Part shown: positions 54,544 through 64,000 of the stretch, piece by piece
Numbering within the stretch: the stretch's first letter is position 1
Layout of the letters: every line of letters begins with the position of its first letter
NCBI GenBank assembly: GCA_031835245.2
Contig: JAVKOQ020000074.1
Coordinates: 124,001 to 188,000 of the forward strand
Length of the DNA stretch: 64,000 bases
Direction: 5' to 3'
Source: Balamuthia mandrillaris
Lineage: Eukaryota
Translations under genes and position numbers: made by a program
Notes under the pieces: model-generated
What the model was told of the DNA's origin: nothing
Database searches by the model: none
The model's input: only the letters and a program-made list of their open reading frames with translations

Positions 54544-55283
54544 GTGAGCACCTTTTGTCTGATTCAGATGTTGAAGATGAACCTAACTCATTCTCATTTG
54601 AACTGTATCATTTCATTGATGATGGTGGTGGCCCCTCTCAACAACTCTTCTCCTCCGATCTCTCTGGTAGTGCCCCAGACGATTCATTCTCAGAACCTCA
54701 GCTCGCCCAATCCTTGCCACCTGAATCAGAAGAAGAAGAAGATGAAGATAACAACATACCAGCATCAATGTCCTTCAACAAGGAAGCACTCCCTTCTCGC
54801 TCTTCTACTACCCCGACTACAACGTCACCTTCAGGGGGAGCATCTCTATCAACCAACTCGCTCTTGCCTGGCTCAGCACCCTCATCTCCGAGAAGACCTT
54901 CCTCCTCCTCGTCCTCGGCACTCTCACTCCCGAGAACACCTCCCTCCTCCACTAACTCTAGGTGCTCTAACACAGGGGGAGCAGAATCATCATCATCATC
55001 ACGATTGTCTCCAGCCTCTCCAACCTCATGCAGAAAGCAGAAGAAAACCATTACAACAAAAGTCAAAGGGAAACATGTACAACTCCGCATCCCATCCTCT
55101 CAAGCTCCTTGACGCTCTCAGCGCAATTTGAAACCACCAGAGCAGTTAGCCAACCTCTACACACCCCAGCTCTACCTCTCGGTTGTCCTTCCTGCAAGCG
55201 TGAAGTTGCCAACCTCCGCAGAAGAAGCACTCAAAGATCCAAATTGGAATGCAGCCATGCATAGCGAAATCAACTCACTCATC

Positions 55284-56451
55284 CTCTGCCGGTGGGATAA
55301 AGCGGATATCCGCGGATAACTTCTATAAAAGGTAGGTATCCACAAAATCTGCTCGGATATTCGCTCTGCTGGCAGGATAAAGCGGATATCCATGGATAAC
55401 TTCTATAAAAGGTAGGTATCCACAAAATCTGCTCGGATATCTGATTGCTATGCTTATCTGCCCCCGGGTATCCGCCCCCGGGTATCCGCCAGAGGGCGGA
55501 TAATCATAGCGTCCCGATTAGGAAAGCCAATAGCAGAGAGGAGAGAAGAGAGGGGAGAGGACATGATCTCGGTGACGTGGGAGTTTCTTCCTATTGGTCA
55601 GTTTCATATTTTCCCCTCCGGCCGATTTTAGTTTTCTGTTTTAGTTTCTAAAATTTAAAATCTAAATCTTGAAAACAAGGCAGAGCCTTAGTCGAAAAAG
55701 CAGAGGAAGAAAGAGCAGTTGGGAGAGGAAAAAATGATGAGACCCAAAAGATTCTGTTGATGGTTCCCATGGTTGCTTGTAAGACTTGACAATTGGTACC
55801 GTAGGTCCCTGTGCGCTTTTTCTTTGTATTTCTGATATTCGCACTCACTTTATTCACAATTATTTCACCATCGCGTCACTTGCCTAACGACCATTTCTAC
55901 TTGGTGCTTTTCGCTTTTTCTCTGCATGTCAGTAAGAAGAGGTTTGTGATCATAGCAAAGAAAACCTTTACAACTATTTGCTTATTCTCTTTTCATTCCC
56001 CTCTCTGTTCATCTTTCTGCCCCTTCCAAAGAAGGCCTTGAATCAGGCAGAACCGAGTTCAACCAACAAGAACGACGCTGCGGCCAGTACCGTTCCAAAG
56101 CAGGTGATGAACCTCAACGGAGCATAGCGCACAGGAAGTGGCTCTGTAGCGAACATGATCTAGGCAGCAATGAGCAGCAACGTATCAAACTCATCTCTCC
56201 CTTCTCTTGTTATTTTTTTTTTACTGCAATAAAATTAAAATTTTTCAGACCAATAATAATTTTCTGATAATTATCAATGATAATCAATCGGAGCAGCATG
56301 ATGTCAGTGGCTTCCCAAAAAGGAACTCATCATATTATTTTTCAAACCCGTATCATAAAGTTTTTCAAATAAAAACAGCGGATATCCGACCGAATATCCG
56401 TGGATATACGGTACGGATACATCCGCCGGAGCGGATATCCCGCCGGCAGAG
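55284..56451. mobile_element. Non-autonomous TIR element (MITE-like, 1168 bp) with subterminal GCGGATATCC repeats and 2-bp TC TSD
   Basis: Ends CTCTGCCGGTGGGATA / TATCCCGCCGGCAGAG; removing the element and one TC restores the copia A frame EINSLI-KNKTYVLV. Confidence 0.85.
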
Positions 56452-59400
56452 TCAAGAACAAGACTTACGTCCTTGTTCTGTGTCCGAAGAAAATCACCAG
56501 CCAAAAGCAGCAGAAGCATATCATCAAGTCCAAGTGGGTCCATCATCTCAAAGTCAACCCCAACGGTACCATTGATCACTACAAGTCCCATCTTGTTGCT
56601 AAAGGCTTCACTCAAGTTGCTGGTGTCGACTACTTCGAGACTTTCTCTCCAGTCGCTAAGCTTGTCTCGGTTCGCATCCTCATCTACATAGCCACCTCTG
56701 AAGACATGGAGCTTCACCAGATGGATGTCAACACTGCCTTTCTCTACGGCGTTCTTGATGTGGAAATCTACATGGAACAACCTGAAGGCTTCATCAATCC
56801 TAAGCGTCCAGACTGGGTATGGCGTCTCCAATGCTCTCTCTATGGCCTCAAGCAAGCTCCAAGAATCTGGAACCATGTCATCGATGAGTTCCTCAAGAGT
56901 CTTGGCTTCATGCAATCCTCGGCGGACCAGTGCATCTACATCAAGTTCAAAGGGGGAGAAAAATGTATCATCGCCCTTTATGTGGATGACTTACTCATTG
57001 CCACCTTGAATAAGCAACTTCTTGCCTACATCAAGTCTGAACTCTCTTGACATTTCAACATGAAAGACCTCGGTGAAGCAAAATACATCCTTGGGCTTGA
57101 AATCAAACACAACCACAAAAATCACAAAACCACTCTTCTTCAAACCAAGTACATGAATGATATCCTCAAACGCTTCAACCTCTCCAAAGAATCGTCCTTC
57201 TCACAGTTTACTCCTTTGGATCCTGGTGATGTTCTTCTCAAGAAACAACCAAACCAAAGCCCTCTGGACACCAAGATACCCTATCACAGCACAGTTGGCA
57301 GCCTCATGTATGCCATGGTTAGAACTCATCCTGACATTGCAGCTGCTGTCAGCCAAGTCTCTCAATTCCTCTCTGAGCCAACTCTTCAACATTGGAAGTC
57401 AGTGAAGCACATCCTCTGCTATCTCCTCGGAACCAGCAACTACGGGCTTCACATTGATGGAAACATCCCTAATCCTCTAAAACTTGTTGGCTACTCCGAC
57501 TCTGACTGGGCTGGTGATCAGAACACTTGACACTCTCAAACTGGCTATATGTTCTTCCTCTGTGGCACTCCCGTTTCCTGGAACAGCAAGAAACAACCAT
57601 CCATTGCTCTCTCAGCCACTGAAGCAGAATACATGGCTCTCTCTCAAGCTATGTGCAAAGTGATATGGCTTAAATATCTTCTCAAAGACCTCAGCTACGA
57701 ACAACGTGACACAACTACCATTCATGTGGATAATAAAGGCTCCATTGACTTGGCCAAGAACCCTGTTCATCATCCAAGGACCAAGCACATCTCCGTCCGT
57801 TGGCACTTCATTCAAGAAAAGGTAGCCTCCAAGGAAATAGCTCTCAAGTACATTCCTACCAGGGACAACATCACGGACATCCTTACCAAGAACCTCGCCA
57901 AGGCAAAGCATCAGCGAGCTATCCAGGCGCTAGGTATATCCAGTTCACATTGAGGGGGAGTGTTGAAATTTCTCTACAATGCTCCTATTACCTGCTTTTG
58001 CTATTTTCTAATTCCCCGATTTACATGATGTCATCATCCTTGATGCCATCCCTTTCCTTCCCTCTGATAGCTATGACGCTATCCTATTTCTCCTTTCTCC
58101 CGCTCTTATATTTAAAGAGCTCCTTTATCATTTGTATTCTAATAGACAAACAGACAATACACATCTTTTCTTCCACACATTGTTTCCCTTCCACTGCACA
58201 CCTCTACTCTTCTAACATTTTGTTCCATAACATTTGATCTCACAAGCTCAAATTCTGGAAGGATCAGTGGCCTTGGGCACTTGCTTAATGAACAGCAAAG
58301 AGAGCTATGGGAGCAAGAATCCACACCAAAGCCTCCTTTTGCACCACTGCTGGTCAAAGGTTGTGATGACCACATTGCTGCCTTAATTCTCAACAAATTC
58401 CTCCGTTGTACTAACAAGCTTGCAATGGAATGGGGGGCTGCTGACCTACTTCAAGCCACTGTGATGGAGGATGAAGAACGTGTGGCTGCTGCTATCAACG
58501 AGAGCAATGGTGTGACCACAGCTTTGAAGAAGCTCTCTTGTTTGTTGCGTGGCCTTTGGAATGCTGATTGGATGGGCTTTGTGGAGCATGCAAAGGAACG
58601 CAACCCTAACTTGGTCTCTCACAAGAGCAGGGCCATCCCAAAAACCTCAAAGACACGCTATGCCTCCTATGCTCTTATGGCATGCTTTGTGGAGGATCAT
58701 GAAGAGCTTTTGCGTTTTCTTGAGACAAAAGAGCATGAGCATGCCTTCGCTGATGAAATCCAGACAGGATTGTTTGGCAACTCTCTTGCTGTTGCAATGT
58801 GCAAAGTTCTTGTTTGTGGCTTAAGGTATGCATATTTATTTTTTTTCCCTCACTTGTGTTTTTCTTTGTTCTTATTTTATCATCTTGTAAAAGCCAAGTG
58901 TTGTTGCCATTGATGCACATCAGTAATCATCATCAAGAACTTCTTCCTTATCTTCATGACTTTTGGTTACTGCAGCACCATCTCTTGGCCTTGGCCTTCA
59001 ATTCGTTGATGCTAAAACAATGCTTTGCCTGTCCTGTGCAGAGCTATGATTCGCCATTGCTGTCAAGCAAGGTTCTACCAACAATGGAAAACTTTGCTGC
59101 ACAGTCTTGGGTGGCTCCAAGAGATGATGGAGATCTGCAAGTGCTGCTGGCCAAGGAGTTCATCTCCAGCGCTCTGTTTATGCTTTACAAGCATGCGGGG
59201 CAGTTCATGGAAATGAGAGAGGAAGAAGAGGAGGACGACTGGGAAACCTACAGCTTAACACCAAGTCAAGTGGAGGCGGTATACAAGGCGGAGAAACAAA
59301 AGGAAACAAAAGAGGAGTTGCAGGAGCAAGAAGAACAGCAGGGGATGATGATGACGAATGCTGCTACAATGGACCCACTGGCGGAGATCCTTGCTGCCTT

Positions 59401-60497
59401 TTGTCCGATGAATCACTCTGGAGAAACCATCTTCAGCATGGTCAACCGTCTTTGGCGTGACAACCGCCTCATGAGAGCGCCCATCATGCAAGCAGTGGTG
59501 AAGCTCCGTGTCCTTCCTGACCTCCCCCAGTTCGAGCTGCCAGCTTTATTCCAGCACTTTGCGGCACAGTTCAAAACTCACACTCAGGCCAGAAATTTGC
59601 TGGATGAGACGCCTTCCTGTGCTGAAATTACCCGAACCCGCTATGAAGGTTGCTTGGAGCAACAAAAAAGCATGCAAGCATGGAACCAGTGATAAATGAT
59701 CACAGGGAGAAGCCCATTCGAGACTTCCTGCAGCAGTGCTATGGCTTTGTCCTGCCATCTGGCAAGCGCCTCACTGTGAAGCACATGAAGGACCACATGT
59801 GGTGCTTGAAGGGTGACTATCCCCACCTTCGACTTTGCCTTGGCAACTGGTGAGAGGAGATGGTGACGAACTTCCTGCAGTTCCTGGAACAGCTTAGCAG
59901 GCAGCAGCAGCAGCAGCAACTCCTAGAGCCACAGAGGCGACCTCAGCAGCAGCAACAGTAACTCCTACTGCATCTTCTTATGTATTGTTTCTCCTACTCT
60001 GCAGGGTGACAGTGTGCCACAGCATCTGTTAGCACTTTGACCTTACATCAAACGTGAGTGGAGATGGCAACACAAAACTGTCTAGTGGATGGGGTGAGGA
60101 GAGGTTTATTCATACAGGTGGGTGTTGACGCATTAAGTGGTGGTGGCAGTTTGGGTACTGTGCGCATGGACCTTTACTTAGCTCCCCACGCCCTCTCTTT
60201 GCCCCTTGAAGCTGGATGGTGGCAGGTTGTTATCTTCTGCTTGCCCTTTTGTTTTGAGATGGGTGTGAAATGGCGCTGTTGTGGTACTCTGCATCCTTGT
60301 TGTTAGCCCAAAAAGCAGAACTGCATTCGTAAGGAGCCAAGACATGGAGTTCAAGAGCACGGAAGAGGCACCGTGTTCTTGGGCTTCGCCTTTCTTGTCT
60401 TGTGCTTCCTTTCTGTGCAGGAAAGCTGAAGTGGCTGGCAGCAAAAAAAAAAAAAAAGTAAAAATAAAGAATACTTCCAAAATGGCAACTATGTAAG

Positions 60498-60588
60498 AAA
60501 GAGAGAGAGAGAGACAAAGAGAAAGAGAGAGAGAGAGAGGCAAAGAGAAAGAGAGAGAGAGACAAAGTAAGAAAGAGAGAGAGAGACA

Positions 60589-60620
<32 letters not shown>

Positions 60621-61015
60621 AAGAGACAGAGAGAGAGAGAGAGAGAGACAGAGAGGAAGAAAGAAGAAAGAGAGAAAGAGACAGAGAGACAGAGAACAGA
60701 GACAAAGAAGACAGAGAGAGAGAGAGAGAGAGAGACAGAGAGCAGAGAGAGAGACAGAGAGAGAGAGAGAGGGAGACAGAGAGAAAGAGAGAGAGAGAGA
60801 GACAGAGAGAGAGAGACAGAGAGGCAGGAGACAGAGAGAGACAGAGAGAGAGAGAGAGCGAGAGAGGAGAAAGAGAGAGAGAGAGAGACAGAGAGAGAGA
60901 AACAAAGACAGAGAGACAGAGAGAGGGGGAGAGCAGAGAGACAGAGAGAGAGAAAGACAGTGAGAGACAGAGAAAGAGAAATGGAAAAACGGGAAGAGAG
61001 AAAGAAAAGAAGAAA
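60498..61015. repeat. (AG)n/(AGAC) purine microsatellite tract
   Basis: Seen directly in the sequence. Confidence 0.9.
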
Positions 61016-61219
61016 GAATGTGACAAAAAAAAAACAAAAAGTGTAGGTTAGGACTAAACAAAACTCTTTTAAAAAGGAAAGTACTACAAAATGACGGAGT
61101 AGTGGACATAAGGGTGGACACAGGCTATCTACCAATAGAACTTCGATATAAGGAGTATTTTATTGAAATTTCTGTATTTTTACCCTATAGTATTTCATAT
61201 AAAGTCTGTGGGGCTACAG

Positions 61220-64000
61220 TCTTTTCCCTATGCCCATTGAGTTGGTGTTCATTAAGTTGTTTCCCTACCAGCCTTATCACACTTGGCAACATCAGCTTAC
61301 TTTTTTCTTGGTAAGTTCAGTTTTTGGGTGATTAATTTATTTTTAGATACTTGGGGTTTTCAGAGGAAACTTGGAGCACTTTTGTAACAGTGTTCAATGA
61401 CGTAAAATGTCAGGAACTTCGCTGCAGTCTGGTACAATTCCTTCTTCTGGTGCACAGAGCAGTCCACTTTCCAGTAGTGCTATCCCTCCAGCTTCTGGCA
61501 CTCCTTTCCCTACTACTACTTCTACAACCCTTCCCACAGACAAACTAGATGCCGTCAACTAGGCTCTCTTTGAGCTTCATGCAAGCCAAGTGGACCATGA
61601 CAGGCTCTCAGTCAAGCAGGCCAGCAATGCTTTGTCTGACTGTATTGACCAAATTGATGCAAGCAAGAATGAACAAAAGGTGGAGTCCTACTAACCTCCA
61701 TGGAGATGAAAACACAGCTCCTCAACTGCTTCCAGCATCATGACCAAGCGACTGCTAAGATCATGAAACTTGGTAACCTCCAGATGAACATTGATGAGTC
61801 TGTAGATGCCTGAAACTTGTAAGTGCAATCAGCACTGCAAGAGGCTTTCCTCATGGATTTCAGTGAGACTCGGGTCTTGGAGAAGTTCATCACAGGTGCT
61901 GTTTCAGACCTGAAGGAGAAATTCCTTTAGCAGAAAGACATCACTAATATGGCTGATGCCCAGAACCTCACTAAAGACTGGGAAGGATAGAAACATGCAA
62001 AGAGGAGCTTGGACCATCAGTCAAAGAGCTCAAGGCGGGAGAAGAACAACAAAGACAGCAGTTCAGGCAATGACAGGAGGAAAAAGCAACCCTTTTGCTA
62101 CAACTGCAAGTCAAGAGAGCACTGGACAAGAGAGTGCTCGGAAAAGAAGCATGTTGACCAAAGCAAGAAGAAGGGCACTTTCAGTGGTGCTGTTGAATGC
62201 ATGTTGTCTGCTGAGGATGACATTGAAGATCTCCAGAGGAAGGACAGTTGAGGCTGTGCTGGACTCCTGTGCCACTGATAGCTTTATCCAATAAACACTT
62301 CTACCCAAAGAAGTAAAAATGAGTAGCCTACATAATGGGGACATGTGCAGAAGTGCCACTGGTCATGAAGTAAAGCTGAAGGGTTATGTCACTCTTCATT
62401 TTCAGACACCTACTCATGAGAATGTCAAGGCAACCATTGCTGTCTTGGCAGAGGAAGATCTGTTGCCTCACAATTTTCTCATTGGCTGGGACATTTTGGA
62501 AGCATGATGACACTGGTTGCTTCTTGCTGAGAGCAAACCTGTGGAAGGTTTGTCTTGCAACTCTGATGATGACTGAGTGCACCTCAATCACAAAGGAGAC
62601 CCAAGACATTGTGGATGTTATCTACCTAGTGGAGCTTCCTACTGAGGAAGAGGTAATGACAGGCTTGAGAGAGCTTGTGAATGATGTGGACCTGGATATT
62701 AGGCAGAAAGCACAGCTTCTAGAGCTGGCCCTTGAATTCAAGGACATCTTTTGCTACAAGCTTCCTGAGCCAAGAAGTGTTAAACTTCCTTCCCACAAGA
62801 TAGTCTTAACGGATTATACTCCCATCTGTGTGAAGCCTCACAAGGTCAGTGCCAAGGTTCAGGAGACCATTGATGCTGCCATGGATGACATGCTACTCAT
62901 GGGTGTCATTCACAAATCTGTCAGCAAATGGGCACACCCAGTAATTATCATCATCAAGAAGGACAGAAAACTACATTTCTGTATTGATTACAGAGAGCTA
63001 AACAAATGGACAGGGAAGGACTCCTATCCTATGCCAAATGTTGAGGATGGACTGAATTGCCTCCATGGCTCCAAGTTCTAATCCAAGTTTGACTTAGCAT
63101 GTGGTTATTGGCACTTCCTAATGGAGGAGTGTACTGCAAATATGTGTGCCTTTGTTATGAAATCCGGCCAGTTTGAGCCTGTGGTTATGCCCTTCAGACC
63201 TACAAATGCTCCGGCTATGTTCCAATGAGGAATGGATAAGATCTTCAGCAAATTCAAGCAGAAGTTTTCTTGGTGTCATATTGACAACCTCATCATTTTT
63301 TCTAAGACATTTGAGGACCACCTCGTTCACTTAGGCAAGGTCTTTGAGCATCTCTGTGAGTATCAACTCTACATGAAGGTAAACAAATGCACCTTCATGA
63401 AGGAGATGATGGAGTACCTTGGACACATGGTGTCTAGCAACGGAATTAGCCCTATACAGAGCAAGGTCAAGGCAGTGCAAAATTGCCCTTGCCCTACCAC
63501 CAAGAAGCAACTACAAAGCTTCCTTGGACTTGCAAACTACTATTGCAAGCTTATCTATCATCTTGCCAAGATGATGAAGTCCCTCACTGACCTTATGAGC
63601 CTGAAAACAAAGTTCATGTGGAGTGATGAGCAGGAAAAGGCTTTCCAAGGGATAAAGGAGGCTCTCATTAGTTCTCCTGTCCTTGCCTATCCTGATGCTG
63701 GAAAGGACTTTCAGATCTGCTGTGATGCCAGTGATTACGCCATCAAGGGAACTCTGGAGCAAAAAGGAGAGAATGGGCTATATGACGTTATAGCCTACAG
63801 TAGCAAGAAGCTTTCTGGTCTGCAGCTCAACTGGAGTGCTATGGAAAAGGAGGCTTACGTCCTTGTCTTCTTCTTGCAGCATTGGAGACATTATGTTCTT
63901 CAACAGCTAGAATGTGTCATCACGGACCACTCAGCACTGCAATGGCTGTTCTCCCAGAAAAACCCTTCAGGCAAGTTGATGAGGTGGATTGCCAAGCTGC
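61220..64000 (+). mobile_element. Ty3/gypsy LTR retrotransposon (degenerate; runs off the window end)
   Basis: LTR 3' part ends TATCACA at 61281, followed by a TGG-starting PBS-like site. CYNCKSREHWTREC knuckle, AVLDSCATDSFI protease, FCIDYRELN and HIDN (decayed YIDD) RT, CDASDYAI..IAYSSKKL..EKEA RNase H; many stops. Confidence 0.93.

Larger units (their letters stand above)
46637..58217 (+). mobile_element. Ty1/copia LTR retrotransposon A (degenerate, full length, two nested insertions)
   Basis: 257-bp LTRs 46637..46893 and 57961..58217; PBS GGTTATGGGCC; PPT TGAGGGGGAG; TSD TTTCG/TTTTG. gag from 46922, WYLDSGASKHM, HSDVCGP..RSDSGGEY..QNGIAE, HQMDVNTAFLYG..YVDDLL, GYSDSDWAG..TKHI. Confidence 0.96.
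45706..59961 (+). pseudogene. Degenerate intron-containing DDE transposase, interrupted by copia A at 46637..58217
   Basis: N-terminal Cys cluster (CEKCKKC..CYTC..CKRC), WVGIDESS, then across the insertion SITFDLTSSNSG..GCDDH (CxxH) and PMNHSGETIFS. Several in-frame TGA stops and a frameshift near 59665. Confidence 0.65.
45513..61219 (+). mobile_element. hAT-like DNA transposon (~4.1 kb without nested inserts), 12-bp TIRs, 8-bp TSD
   Basis: CTGTAGCCCCAC (45513-45524) and GTGGGGCTACAG (61208-61219); TCTTTTCC at 45505-45512 and 61220-61227. Removing the element restores a family-A LTR. Confidence 0.85.

Noticed and set aside
61019..61219. 5' part of the gypsy LTR (begins TGTGAC)
   Set aside because: Lies inside the TIR element; the true LTR continuation is at 45481-45512.

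Overview
Eukaryotic nuclear DNA, with spliceosomal introns and a Pol III tRNA gene. GC-rich exons, microsatellite-filled introns and the gene set suggest a free-living amoebozoan of the Balamuthia/Acanthamoeba type (inference only). The window has two sharply separated domains. (1) 1-37.3 kb is gene-dense and CpG-rich: LIM/DA1-like peptidase, frameshifted FAD oxidoreductase, LIM protein, BTB-SPRY, saposin, OXNAD1-like, HSP20, gluconokinase, coronin-7, formate-THF ligase, tRNA-Thr(TGT), a Pol-beta-like nucleotidyltransferase-motif protein, F-box, spermidine-synthase-like methyltransferase, RIO1, mS33, SppA, HGD and Exo84. (2) 37.5-64 kb is a transposon graveyard: solo LTRs, a deleted chromovirus-like Ty3/gypsy element and a four-level nest. 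In the nest, a gypsy LTR is split by a 15.7-kb hAT-like element (12-bp TIRs, 8-bp TSD), whose transposase is split by copia A, which contains copia B and a 2-bp-TSD MITE. The TE domain shows near-exclusive CpG->TpG/CpA decay, consistent with TE-targeted cytosine methylation. Other leads: a 4x B-box array with no tRNA, a candidate self-priming LTR leader, two structured intergenic RNA candidates, unusual intron 3' architecture and a GC-AG intron. Calls come from reading motifs by eye; no database searches were run.
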